Assembly (NCBI GenBank): GCA_013239625.1
Contig: MU054391.1
Span: 8,837,095-8,901,094 of the forward strand
Origin: Lama guanicoe
Lineage: Eukaryota
Length of the DNA: 64,000 bases
Direction of reading: 5' to 3'
Position numbers and translations under genes: made by a program. This document shows, piece after piece, positions 27,408 to 40,600 of the stretch; within the stretch, counting starts at the first letter, position 1; each line of letters starts with the position of its first letter. Below the pieces are notes generated by a model. That model was given only the letters and a program-made list of their open reading frames with translations. It was not told the DNA's origin and made no database searches.

Positions 27408-28879
27408 AGAAAGGGACATTGTAAGGAAGAGCTACTCAATCAGATGCTGCGTCTGTAGGTATTCCATGACTCGCTTACTTTCAGTGACTCAGTTTTCTGG
27501 CTATAAGTTGGGAATACCAGTGCACATTCCTTCAACTGCGGCCAGAATTAAATGAGATCTGGAGGGCCCAGTACAATGCCTCATGCATAGCGAGTATTCA
27601 GGGCTGAGGACTGCATTTCCCTTGATCAGTCGTTCACTTTGTTTTGTTACGGTTTGTTTGCAGATGGATTGGTCTAGGCTGGGGAATAGGGATGAGCCTC
27701 CCACTGGAACAATTCATGGAACCAGCTGTGAAAAAATGGCACCAGGAGGACCAAGGTGAAGGAGTTAGGTCACTGGGCTGAGCAAATCAAAATTTATAGA
27801 TAGATGTTTTCTCTAAATGAACACCCTTTCCTCTAAAGAGAACAACGACGAGGCTGGAAAGTCACCACCAATGTTGTCACGCGTTCTAATGACGCAGAAT
27901 CTCTGAAACCTGGGACGGTGCCAACAGAGGAGACTCTGAATGGCCAAGGCTGGCCCAAGGGCGTGATCAACTCACCAACCATCCTGAGACAGGGCAGTTA
28001 CTCACATTTTTATGGACAGCTAATTGCTAAAGCAGCAGCTTGCTTGAGAGACCGAAGCATCCTTTTGGATGCAAGCTGTGTAATGAGGGAATTGCTTGAC
28101 TAAGCAAATTTTGGGTTAATGGAAAACAGACCCGTCTGTCACCAGGAGCAGCGTCTGCCCACATTAAGATTAAATTGTGTATATTGCTGACTGCCCTACA
28201 TTTTTGCATCAAAAAAGAGAGCCGAGAGATGACATTTGCAGTAATTTGGCTAAGGGCTATAGCAACCTAATTAGGAATGTTCAGTGCTACAAGTTCACAA
28301 AATTGTATTGTGGCAATTGCTCTTGAAAAATTCAATTCTGAAAATGCAATAAGCAAAACCCGAAATTGGTGGGTAGCTTAGCACACGTTCTGAGAACGAG
28401 TTCTGTGTGGGAAGCGAGACCACGGAAAGCCCCAGGCCCCCAGGGCAGTGGGAACGGAGCCCTGGTGGGCTTGTGTTCTTAGAGCCAGATCATCCTGTCG
28501 GGGCCTGCCTCATTTCTGGCTTCTTGAGGTCCTTCTGCACTGAAACCGTCTTCCTCTCCCTACCCCAGGTCTCCCCATCCCTTCCCACGCTGTCTCCAGG
28601 ACAGTGGTCCCTCGACCTCAGTTAGCATAAACCTAGAAGTCTTGGTTAAAATGCTCAATCTCTTTGGATATGTGCTTTATCATGAATTCACTCAACATAA
28701 GACTTTGACTGTTCACCCTGTGCCAGACACTGTCTTCTCATCAGGTTTCAATACTTCAAGTTCCCTTTAAGAAAAACCATGATCAATTTTATGCCTCTAG
28801 CCACAACAGTGCCCTGGATGCCATTTTCATGATGTTTACAATGAACATGTAGTGACTATGGATCGATTTTTTTGCTCTA

Positions 28880-29202
28880 GACTAGTGAGCCTCAAACTGA
28901 GTGCACGTCAAAATAAATTCAGGGAACTTCTAAAAACATACCAGGGCTTGAGCCCTATACTAAATCAACCAAAGGAGAATCTCTGGGGTGAGAGGTCCAG
29001 GCATCTTATGTTTTAAAAGCTGCCCAGTTGAGTCAATGTGTACCTCGGTCTGAGACCCACTGCGCTGCATCACGGAGTCTCAAACTTGAGTGTGCAGAGT
29101 CACTTAGAGGGTCAATGTTGCATATTCTGGGGCTTCAGATCTAGAAAATATGATTCAGAAAGTCTGGGGACACAGGACTTGATACTTTGAGAAACTGCTC
29201 TT
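28880..29202. mobile_element. MER5-like hAT MITE fragments (two adjacent)
   Basis: 'ctcaaactgagtgcacgtcaaaat...gaatctctggggtgagaggtccaggcatc...ctgagacccactg' and 'tctcaaacttgagtgtgcagagtcac...actttgagaaactgct'. Confidence 0.65.
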
Positions 29203-29711
29203 GAAGCAGTCTTGAGTAGGCAAGAGGATTTGAGGAACTAAAGCCAGGCCTTACCGTTCTGTGCTGTTTTACACGCTGGTCCCTCAATCCACTCATCTAC
29301 TCATCCTTCAAGACTCAGTGTCCTCCGTAGAAATTTCATGATGTACCTTCCCCACCGTGAGTGATTGATCTCTGCCTTCTTATTTGTCCCTGAATCCTTA
29401 GCTTCTGGTCTTCTTCCTAGTATAAAGTGAAAGACTCTTAATACACAGAGAATTGAATGATTCACCTTGGGTCAGGGTGACTACTTGCGGCCCTAACCTT
29501 GTGGCTCAGGGAAGACAATTCCTTCAATCTAAATTCCTGTCCAGGCATCCTGTCAAGTATCCTAGGACCAAGGCCTCTGGACATCATCTCTTGTCTTATC
29601 ATCATGGGGGCTACAGTCCTGGCCTTAACCCTTAGCCTGGTATCTGGATCTGATTATTCAATGATGAACTTTACTAAATGAAGTTTCTTTTCTACGTTTC
29701 TAAATTTCACC

Positions 29712-30090
29712 TGTGTATCAGTCAGCTTTGCTGCAGTAACAAATGACTTCAAAATTTCAGTAGCTTATAAAAACTGAATTTTATTTCTCAATCACAATGA
29801 CAGGTGGGCTGAGTGAAAACATGGCTCTGCAGCTGCTCCAAAATCCAAGATGAAGGAGTATGGTTGTTTTCTTGGCAGAAGGAAAAAAAAGACAGAAATC
29901 ATGATCCATTTCATAAACCTACCATTACATCACTGGTTCTTCAAAACTTCACTAATCAAATCAAATCATCGAGCCAAACCTGATAATGAGGCAGGAGCTC
30001 TGTTCCCACAGAAAGGCTCCACAAGTCACATGGCAATGGACAGGATGACATAATCCTTTCATAGGGAAGGGAAAGCAATGAGCTACACCC
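29712..30090 (-). mobile_element. Old MaLR LTR (MLT1-like)
   Basis: 'tgtgtatcagtcagctttgctgcagtaacaaatgacttcaaaatttcagtagcttataaa' is the antisense MLT1 3' end. Confidence 0.7.
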
Positions 30091-30879
30091 GCTTCTGAGA
30101 TCTCAGTCATGACAAAATCCCTGCCTCTGAAACTAACCTCCACCTTCATGTTAACACTCATGATGCCAATTACATTGTGTGCCTACACCTTCCAGATTCT
30201 GCCTCTGGGACTATGTTCATCCCGATCTCTCTGCTCAGCTTCTTTGTGGGAACATGTTTCTCCAATTTCTGTTGACTTCCAGTGTGTCTCTTCAACATAA
30301 TCATGTCATGTTCAGCCACGTTCTGAAACAGAGGTTGCTTGTGGGCAAAATCCAGGCTGCTGCCTCTTCTGTGCAGCCCGTGGCTCTGCTCTAGCGAACT
30401 AGTATTTTGAATCATGAAAAGCCAGCCAGAGCTCCTTCCACTCCAGTTTTTCATCCTTACCCTGGACTTGCCTCCCTGGCCAATGGCTGAGCCTCACCTT
30501 TGGCCACACCCTGGAGCACTTGCCGCCAACATGTTGGGATGTCTGCTGTTTGGTAACTGCTGGGCACTGGGTGGTGGAATCTCAGTTGGAAGACAGAGGA
30601 GTCTGGAATCTCAGTGACTAACTCCAGCCAGCCTCCCTGGTTAAGAAGGTCAGGCTCTCTGGAAGGAGAAAAGGGTATCGGGATGTGAGTCTCCTTGGGA
30701 CCGGTGAAAAGTGAGGGATACAGCCTGATTCCTGGCCCCTCCACTTGTGGCTGCTCTGAAGATGCCTGTCAGGAGCTGGGCCCAAAGCATGCTCATCATC
30801 CCAGGTGGCCCTCTACCACCCCAGGCAAATAGGGCCAGAAACAGAAGTAGTTTTCGCTCTTGTATCTCTTATTATATCA

Positions 30880-30978
30880 GCATCCACATAACATCATCAG
30901 TTTGGCCTCTTGGCCTCCAAAGTCTAAAATATTTACCATCTGAACCGTTAGAGAAAAAAATTGCCAACCACTGACCTA
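30880..30978. mobile_element. MER58-like hAT MITE end
   Basis: 'ggcctccaaagtctaaaatatttaccatctgaaccgttagagaaaaaaattgccaaccactg' matches the MER58 terminus. Confidence 0.7.
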
Positions 30979-33964
30979 AAACACAACATCTCTTTTAAAA
31001 CGTGAGCTTCAAAACTGTTTCTGAAAACGGTCCCGAAGACTCTTTGTGTTTCACTCCTCTGCCTGCTGCAATCGTTATAAAACGAGTATGAAACTGATTC
31101 CATCCAGGACTGCCGATTTCCTTTTCGTTTTCAGTGTGTCCCGGGAGAATAGCTCCAGGCCTGCGGAGCCTGCTGCTCTGTTTTTCTAGGTACTGATTGA
31201 GACATAAGGTTAAAAAAAAAGTGGTGAGGAAACAACAGAGGCTTTATTTGTGATTATTAGCATTTGCCAAGAGCAGTTTCCCCTGGATGTGTTTAGACCA
31301 CCAGTGTAGCTGCCCCTCAAAGTGAGTAATCACACTCACCTGGCCAAAGCGCCCTCCACTGCCACCTTCACATGGTTGGTGCCCTGGCCATCAGTGGTGA
31401 AGATCTGCCCCATGTCCAGGTACAAACATATCAGATCCTTCTTGTTTCCTTCCTTTCTGATGGAGGAAATGGGTTTAAAGGCATAAAGGAGACTGGACTT
31501 AGCTTAGCTCATAAATTTCCTTCAGTAAGTACACGGGAGTGGACTCATATCGTGCAGTGGTTACAAGACTAGGTTCTCCTACTGCCACTTAATTGTTACC
31601 TGGTTTTGGGCTGTGCCTTGGTTTTCTTGTCTATTGCCTATTCTACTAATTGGGTTTAATAATAGTTCCCATCTTGCAGTCCTCCAAAAGTGTTCATTTC
31701 TTCCTTTCACTGTGTGGTGCTCGGGCCAAGAGTCTCTCAGTTAAATGAAGTAGGCTCACGGTTCAACAAGATGAAGAAGATGTTGATGAAAATAACGAAA
31801 ATGTAAGGTGGGAAGGGAGGCATGAAGAAGTACAGAGAATATACCACAGCCATTCAGAGCAAGAAGAAGCATGGTTGCCTGTCCTGGACCCCAGAGCTGA
31901 CATCTGGAGCCACGCCATCTAAATAGGAATCGCGCAGGCAGAGTTGGTGGTCAAAGGAATGTCCTACAGACCAAATGGTAGAAGCAAAGGCCATAGAATT
32001 TCAAAGCTGAGTCCCAAAGAGCACCCATTTTACAGAGGAGAAAGCTCCGAGAGGAAAAGGACAAGCTGTGTCATGGGGAATTAGCCAGATGGAAGCCCCT
32101 GATGAGGTCTGTATAGTAATATTGAACACAAACTGTAGGAGCTTGTACGACATTAAACAGTTCACTCACTAATATAGAAATACATAGCTAAACACAAATA
32201 TTGACACTTTGGAACAAAAAATGTATGGTTGAGAGAGACTCCCCTAGCAAGTATAGGGCAGTCATGAAATACGTTCATCTGGTTGATCCAGATCATGGGT
32301 ACCTTCCTGTGTGTATGTTCGTGTGTGCACGTGTTTATTCAATATTGCCTAATCAGTGACAGCCAAGAATAGAAGGAAACAGTCTGAGTCCAAAGACCTG
32401 AGTTGGTTCCTACTTGGAACAACTTCTAGCCTGTGCAACCTTAGGAGGGTTGCGTAGCCTTTTTGAGATTCAACTTCCTTATCTACCTAAACAAATGGCC
32501 CAGCCCTGCCTATTTCACTAAGTGGCTGTAAGGATTATCAGAACAGAAAGGTCAAAGGTGGTTGTTTTTTCTCTATGGAAGTCTGCTCAAGAGTGAAATA
32601 CCATCATTACTGGGATACACCCACCCACCCGCACATATATGGCTTCAATTTTGCTGCCTGTTTTTGAGAGAGAGCCTACGCTTGGGGCAGGACATCACAG
32701 CAAATGAGCAGCAGGACCCCTGGCTGGGCTACTCCCTGAGCAGTTCACCTGATGCAGGGAAAATGTTTCAAATAACCTTGGAACAAGTGATGATGAAGCT
32801 TCAAGTGCCCAAGGAGGCTGAATTTTTCAATGCTTTTTACAATTTGAAAAAAGACACCAGTTTAGCAGTTACCAACCTGGTTATACATTGGAATCATTGA
32901 GAGAAATTTTCAAAGTCCCACCTGAATAATGATTAAGAAAGTTTTGGATAGCTCATAAGAATCTGTTTTTAATTCACCCCAGGATGTCGGATGTGTAGCC
33001 CATTTGAGACTAGCTAGTCTACTCATGCACAATTTGTTTCGTCCAATAAGGAAGCAGTAGCTTTTATAAGCAAGAGTGTTGGTTACAAACTCTTCTGTCT
33101 AAAAATATTTTTCTCAGTGGATCAAGACAAAGCCCCAGCAGGATTCTTTTAATAGTTCAAAGATTGCTATTTCTATAGATTTTTTAGGATATCTCTGTGT
33201 TTGAAGCTAAGGGAATAAGCTAAACTTACACATCTTGCCCGAGTGATTTGTTTCTCCAACAGCTTTTGGTCCTTTTCCATTGATCAACAAATTATTCTCA
33301 AATCTAGAAACTTCATCAACCAATCAACCAATGAATCAATAAAGTCACTGTTTATGACTATTGGCCAGAGATGTTTGTGTGAACTATTGTGATGTATTTG
33401 GGTGGGGGTGGAGAGGGCTGTATTAGATGTGTGATGGTGTCGAAGGCAAGAGGAGGGAGTGATGTCAGAGACAGGATCCATTCTGCCTCTGATACAGCAA
33501 TGCCCATCTTCACTAGGTCGGGATAGTGACACTGGCTTCATGTGGTTAATGTGTCTCTGGGGGAAATAACTATTGGGGGTGGAATACTTATATATTAGTG
33601 TTCGCCCACCTGGACTGGGGACTTCTGAGACCGAGGGGACAGGGACAACCCACTCATCTCCTAACACTTTGGTATTTATGTTTCATTGTTTGTGTGACAG
33701 GACAAACCCTGAGAGGATGCGTTCAATCAACATGTCCTTACTAATAACTTCAGAGCATAAGTGTTCACTCTTTCCATGTGCTTTTTGGTGATTCAGTGGC
33801 TCCTGATGAACCAAATAACTTGATGCAAATCCAGTGCCTGAGTTCAAAGTGAAAATTCAATTTAATAAATATTCTTAAATGTCTGCTGCAGCTTTGTATG
33901 ATGCTATGTCTTGGTCTTTCAAATTTAAAAAATGGAGTTTCCACCTTTAAGTAACAGCATGATT

Positions 33965-34212
33965 CATTGGGTAAAGGGCACACTTTGGGAGTCAGAAACC
34001 TTTGGTTGCAACCCGTTTTCTACCACAGACTGACTTTATTGTGCAAGTCACCACTCCTCTCTGAACCTCAGTTTCCTTGTCAATGAGATGGAGATCAATG
34101 AGATAATACATCCTGCCTTGCTTAATTGTTGTGAGATGCAATGATAATATGTGTCTTATACACCAATTTGGCAACTTTCGTATTATAAGAACCTGATAAA
34201 TATTAGCTTCCA
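33965..34212 (+). mobile_element. MIR SINE (near full length)
   Basis: 'ctttgggagtcagaaacc...ctctctgaacctcagtttccttgtcaatgagatggag...ttgttgtgagatgcaatgataat...ataaatattagct'. Confidence 0.8.
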
Positions 34213-35274
34213 TGGTTACCAGTTGTACTATTTGTAATATCATAATGATGACAGATATTATTTTGGTTTTACAGAGGTAGTTACTAAAGATAATGATGTT
34301 TCAAAGAAAGATATAAGAAAAAGAGAGAAAATTCTCACCTCTCAAATGGGGAGTTATTTTGAGATTAAAATAAAAAGAAGAAGAAATGCACACAATATCC
34401 CAGGAGGGTTAGAACAATTAACTCCCACCTGGTAAAACAGCTTCCAATTTCCAACAGCTCTCACACCTGTCTTTCACAATAGCAAGGTGATTAGGAAAGT
34501 TCAACCCTTTGTCTGGAGACACAGCTACTCAGCAGAAAAGCCAAAAATTCAACTAGACCCATTATAACCTCTGAATCATATGTGCCAAGTGGTTTTTGTT
34601 GGGAGAGTTGTGGAGTTGGCGTGTTGAGGGGAGAGGAGCCCTGGTCTGGGGGCCAGGAAGATCTGAATTCTCCAAGCGAGTCCACCTCTTCCTGTGCCCA
34701 AGGGCAAACCACTCCTTTTCTGAAGCACGCTTTTGGGTTCCTCTACTTCCCCAACTCCATCTACCACATATAAGTACCTGAGGGATAATGTAAGGAAAGG
34801 GTTGGCTGTGCTGCCTTGATTCCTAGACAGAGTCTCTCTCTTCATTCCCCGGTTTCCCCACCCAGGGAGGCCAGACAGCAAGCCTAAAGCCGCCTTCCCA
34901 TCCTCTGTGAAGTCCAGACCCAGCCTTGTTCCTTTTGCCGAGTCCCGCCCCAGCCCTTTGAGTCTTCCTTTGTCAAAGGGGCCTCCCACTCAGAGCTCTG
35001 ATTCTCCTGTCCAGTGTCTACTTCAGTGATGACTCGAAGCCTTTTAAAATCAACTGTATGTCTCAAAAGCCCTCTTTGGACTTAAAGAAAGAAACCCAGA
35101 GAGCAGTGCTGGGAAATTCTTTGGTACTCGACAAGTACGTGTGGATGGATTCACCAAAAGCAAGATTTAATGAAGAAACTATGTTGATATTTAATATATG
35201 TGAAAAATTGAGTCACTTAAAATGTCTTGTGTTCCTTCATCTACTCTTTAAAATATACAGTCCTTCCCAAAGAA

Positions 35275-35735
35275 CCCTCTTACTTTCCTACAGACGCTGT
35301 AGCAAAGTAATGCAAACTTAGTGGCTTAAAACAACACAAATATGTTCTCTCAGAGTTCTGGAAGTCAGAAGACTAAACTTAAGGTGTCAACAGGGCTGCA
35401 TTCCTTCTGGAGTCTCTAAAGGAGAACCTCTTTCCTTGACTTTTCAAGCTTCTAGAGGTTACCTGTGGCCCTTGTCCCTTGGACCCTTCCTCTACCTTCA
35501 ACCTTTGACTCCATGATCACATCTTTTTTCTGACAAATTTGACTGTCTTGCCTCCCTCTTGTAACGACTCTCACAATCACACTGGGCCCACTCTGATAAT
35601 GCAGGATAATATCCCCATCTCAAGAGCCTGCGTCACATCTTCAAAGTCTCTTTCGCCATGAAGGGTCACATATTCACAGGTGGAGGGGATTAGGATAAAA
35701 ACATCTGTGGGGGTCCCAAACCCACCTGCCAGAAT
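35275..35735 (-). mobile_element. MaLR LTR (MLT1C/D-like)
   Basis: 'aacttagtggcttaaaacaacacaaat...gttctggaagtcagaag...gataatgcaggataatatccccatctcaag...gtcacatattcacagg'. Confidence 0.9.
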
Positions 35736-36581
35736 CCCCTGCTTCATAGAATTCTGTGAGGGTTCTAGACATATAAGGTGCAATGATAATTCACTATTTT
35801 TTTTTATGTCTATAGCTAGAATGAATAAAAGACAAGGTATGACTAATCTTTCTCTAACTCGTTCGAGTCTACTAATCACCTCTTCCTTCCTGATCACCTG
35901 GTTTCTGTATTCACCTCTATCTTCCTGTGACACATGGTTATGGAGCAGGTAGAACACAGGAGGAATTCTTAGTTTCCTTTTTGCCCCAGATGGGAGCACA
36001 GTCTCCTCTCCTCACACCATTTTCTTATTTAAAGTATTAACCTCATTGGACATTTCCAGTTGTCTTGTCCCATTATTCACCTCAATGGACCCAGAGTGTC
36101 TGCAAGTTGGGAGGACAAGGGGCCCATTTAAAAACCAGGAGCTGAACTCAGTGGTCTCCAGCTGACTCTCAATCTCCCAGATGCCAATTCTCTTCTCAAA
36201 CTCTCTTAATGGTGCTTGCTTCGCATGATGGAGTCCGGTGTAAAGTTAGATGCCAGCTTTTCTACTCACGTGTCACAAATTTTCTCTCTGCTAGAGTTGA
36301 AATGGGCAAAACATTTCTCCTGAACAAAGAGCTGAAGGATTCTTCCATTTGTTCACAACTATTCAGAAATCTTAACTCAGCTATTTGTGGCAGTTGGAAA
36401 ACTCCATTCTGTGATTTTCTTGAACTCCCTAGAAATCCAGTTTGATTTTCTTGAGTACAGAAATCAGTATCATAGGAAGAGGCTTGATTTTTTTTTTTTG
36501 GCTGGCAAAATTCAAATCATCTGAGTGACTACATGAATTCTGAAGTCATTGAGAATAGACCAAAATGTTTCAACTCGTGCT

Positions 36582-37041
36582 TATCGTGGGCTGCACTGTG
36601 TTCCCAAAGAGGCAGGTTGAAGTCCTACGTGTTAGTATCTCAGAATGTGACTTCACTTGGAGGTGAGGGTTGTTACTGATGTCATTAGTTAAGATGAGGT
36701 CACGTGGGTGGACTCCAGTCCAGTATGAAGGGTCTTGTTAGAGGGTAAACTTGAACATAGAAATAGATACACACAGAGGAAAGACAGTGTGAAGACCTAT
36801 AGTGAGAAGAAGGCCATTTGACTAGAGAAGGACGGGTTGGAGTAACACATCTACGAGGAATAAACACCAACACCAGACGCTGCAAGAGGCAAGGAAGGAG
36901 TCGCCCCTAGAACCACTAGTAAGCATAACCAACATCTTAACTTCAGACTTCTAGCCTCCAGAGCTGAGAGACCACACATTTCTATTGCTTTAGGCCACCT
37001 ATTTTGGGTGCCTTGTAGGACAGCCCTAGGGAAATGATGCA
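36582..37041 (+). mobile_element. MaLR LTR (MLT1C-like)
   Basis: 'gttgaagtccta...ctcagaatgtgac...agttaagatgaggtca...agaggcaaggaagga...gacttctagcctccagagctgagag...gcagccctagggaaatgatgca'. Confidence 0.9.
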
Positions 37042-37499
37042 ATGCTTAATGCACTGATCAACGTCAGAACAAGTGTTCCTTCTGTCCTTTGAAAACAATG
37101 ATAATGACAGCATCAGAGAGGATGAAGTGGTGGCAGTAGTGACAGTAACAGCCATCGGTTACAAACTGTGTAAAATTCTTGCTTGTGACAGGTACAACCT
37201 AGATAATTTAACATATTTTTATTACAAAGAAACTGAGTCTCATATTAAGGAGGTCTTGCAAAATTACAAAGATGTTAAGTGCCAGAGGCAGGATGTTAGC
37301 TCAAAGCCCTCTCTTTCGACGAGCTCATTCGATTTCTCTCCCTCCAAAAATAAATGTGAAATGTGAACTGACTTATTTCAAAGGCATTTAGGGAGATATA
37401 AGTATCTCCTAAATTTATCACAGCTTATACCTGTGAACGAAGTAAAAACTGTGATCTTGAAACTTTATGAGTTAGCAATTAGAGGAACAAAGTTAACTT

Positions 37500-37640
37500 T
37501 TTATGAGCACCTGCTATTTGAAGACCCATGTGGATTTGCATGCATCGTATCATTTAATCCTCACAACTAATATCTCATAAAGTAGTATTTCAATCTTTGC
37601 TTTTCTTGAGAAAACTGTGGCTCAGAGGGACCTAAATTGC
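37500..37640 (-). mobile_element. MIR SINE fragment
   Basis: 'ttatgagcacctgctat...tcatttaatcctcacaac...gagaaaactgtggctcagagg'. Confidence 0.7.
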
Positions 37641-40600
37641 TATTTTCTTAACTATAAAGTGAATAGAATGTGATTTCTGGACTACTGCTAAGCAGTGCTC
37701 TGTTTTAGCAGGAAAAAAAGAAAAAACACTCTAGCAGGAGCCAGAAGATTCATGTTACATAATTGTGGCCTTTGAGTCGGCTACATATACACTTACTGGA
37801 TCTCTACTGCCTAAATGATAAAATGGAGCCAGTATCCGTTTCTCTGCATACCTTACAGAATTCAATGCAGTAATTCTACAGAACTTCTTACACACTCTAC
37901 AACATATAATGACATAGGGCAACTTTATTTACAGTGCAAAAGGGTGGGAAAAGAACAGGAGAGGGGTACTCGACACTGTTCGGTAGGTTCCAGGGGACAC
38001 CACAGACACTGCCTCAATTAATCTTCACAACAACATATCCGTTTTTATCTCCAGAGCATAACCTCAGGTGAGGCCAGTGCCTGGACCAACTTCCCCCAGC
38101 AAACAAGTGTTGAAAACAGAGGGGACAGAATAATGAGAAAAGGCAACCCAACCTCTTGTCCTTACAGAGCCCACGGTCTAACTGGATGGAGGGACGTTCA
38201 ACACAAAATCCAGGTGGATTAGAAAACATGGCCTGGGTCAGCGGATAGTTACACTTTTCATTTCTCCCACAAAAGGAAGATAATCAGTACACGGGGTGCC
38301 TTCAACATGTGGAGACAGGATGTGCCTGGGCATTGGCACTCAGAGCAAAAAGACAGAGTTGAAGAGGTAGATTAAAGCATTTAGGCAAATTGACCCTACC
38401 CCTTAAGAAAATGGTCCAATACATTTTAGGATATCGCTTGCCGAGAAGCCACACTTCCTCCCTTGGGAAGAAGCACAAAAATAGTTGAATGTGAGTCTGA
38501 GCTCCCTATGAGGGGCTGAGATTGGAATGTAGGAAGAGGAGGAACATGGGTTTTTGTTTTCTTGTAACATCCCCAGAAACTTCTTCTCTTAGTCCATCGT
38601 AGTTTATAGTAAAGTCTATTTTCAACCAAGTCGTGTCTGTTTACATTCTCCTTGGAGAACAGGTCAAAATTGGGCACTCTGATATGTGTCTCTGATTCTT
38701 ATGTATCCCGAAATGGGCAAATCGATAGGTGAATAATTATGTGTCTAAGAGGGAATTAAGAGAAAAAAAGGAGGTGTAAGGAGAGTTTTATCAGAGATTC
38801 TCTCCTCTATAGAATGGCAGGAGAACTCCTCAGTACTGAAGGAGACTTACCTATGCTTGACCCAGTGTGCAACACAAACCCACGGTCTTTGAATAACAAA
38901 CAGATGGATTACGGCACAAAAATGATGTCCCAGTTGAGAGGAAACTATCAGATAACGGTAAAACTCGTAAATTATGAGTTAAGGTACCTGGGTCTAGTGT
39001 TCTCCTGACACTCATAGGGCCCTGAGAAATTTACTTAACATTCTTGAGTCTCATGTTTTTCACTATAAATTAAAGTCATATTTCCATCGACCACTTCATA
39101 TGGTTGTTCTTCAAGTTGTCTCATAAAGTAAAATAAAAATATTTTGTAAATAGTAAGTTTTGGCTGCCATGCTCTTACTCATGGCAGCATAAGATTTGGA
39201 GTTATCTTCTTCCCTACCGGCCTCTCTTTTGGAACCTGTGAAGGAGTCTTAGGGCTCCAATCCACTGGCTTATGAAGCCATCAGTCCAGTCTTTCTAGAT
39301 CTGGAGGAAATACAGTCTCTCTGGAATGAGCGGGTGACTCTGAAATCCACTGCTTACACATCGTAGCTTAGACGCAGAGGCAGTCGGGGTGGGAGAGGCT
39401 GCGGACAAAAGCCGTCTCTGTTCTTTGGGGCGGTGGCTATTTATTCTTCTTTCTGTTGCTTAGCCGTAACCTCATGCTATGGGGTTTGTGTTGGACAGAA
39501 AGTGACTTCCGATTTGGCTTGGAAAACCTCTCTTCCCATTCAACTTGTCTTCCTTCTTCCCTTTCTATAATGCAAGCTAAGCACCTAATACTGATGTGCC
39601 ACGGCTTAGTATCACATTCTATAATCTAAAGCCAATTAATCTCTATCCTTGGTTTTACTTTATATATTCTATTTACTGACTTAATGTTTTATTGTGAGTT
39701 TTTAAACTGATAGCTTTTTTTTTCCTATCATTTTTTGGCAAATTGTTAGAAAGAAGTTGGAACAAGCCATGACTGTTCTTTTTCTGAGGATTCTTGGCAA
39801 ATTGGAGAGATGAGTGTGCCCACAATAGCTCTCTCCCATGAGTCTAAGAATCTGGTGAGTTCACAAAAGATTCAGCTCGGTTATGGAGTGGGGCCATACT
39901 GTTTCTGTCCCTTACAAAATCTAGCAGCTTGTGACATATGCAAGACCCTTGACTTCTTTCACTAGAGTTGCCCCAGACGTCATTCCTTACTATCTCCCAT
40001 TCAGCTAACAAATATGGAAAGAAGTGTACAAAAATATTTGAGTTTTTGTTTCACTGATTTAGCATCAGACTCTTCTCCTGTAAAATAATTTTTTGAATCT
40101 CACTGTTGATAATAATTTTATTAGAAAGAGGGGGAAATCTGATTAAGAAATTGTGAAAAGTTAAAAATTGTTAAAAGAAATTGTTAAAAATTACAGCATC
40201 AAATATTTTAGTCCTTTTTTAATAAGGAAAGTTAAAAATCCAAGACAGATCAGTGAGTAGAAATAACACTGGTTTGATACAGAAAGCCTTGATTCTCTTC
40301 TTGACTTTGTTAATAATTATCTTTTCAACATAAAACAAGGTATTTATAACTGTCTTACCTTTCTCAATGGCTGTTAATGCTTATGAAATTAAGAATTATG
40401 TAAAAAAGTACTTCATAAACTTTAAAATAGTATACAAATGTAAGAACGATTAATAAAGAGCTTCTAATATTGTAGGATCGTTCCCTTCCTCGATCAGGAA
40501 AATGTTTTAGGACCTCAAATTTCACATCCATAAAAAGATGTTTGTAAAAAGTGCAACTAAGGCCCCTTCTGGCTCTGACATTAGATCATTCTAAGTGGGG

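Noticed and set aside
39790..39861. 66-nt open plus-strand exon candidate ending CTG|GTGAGT
   Set aside because: Weak GAG acceptor and unrecognised peptide; consistent with background pseudo-exon frequency.
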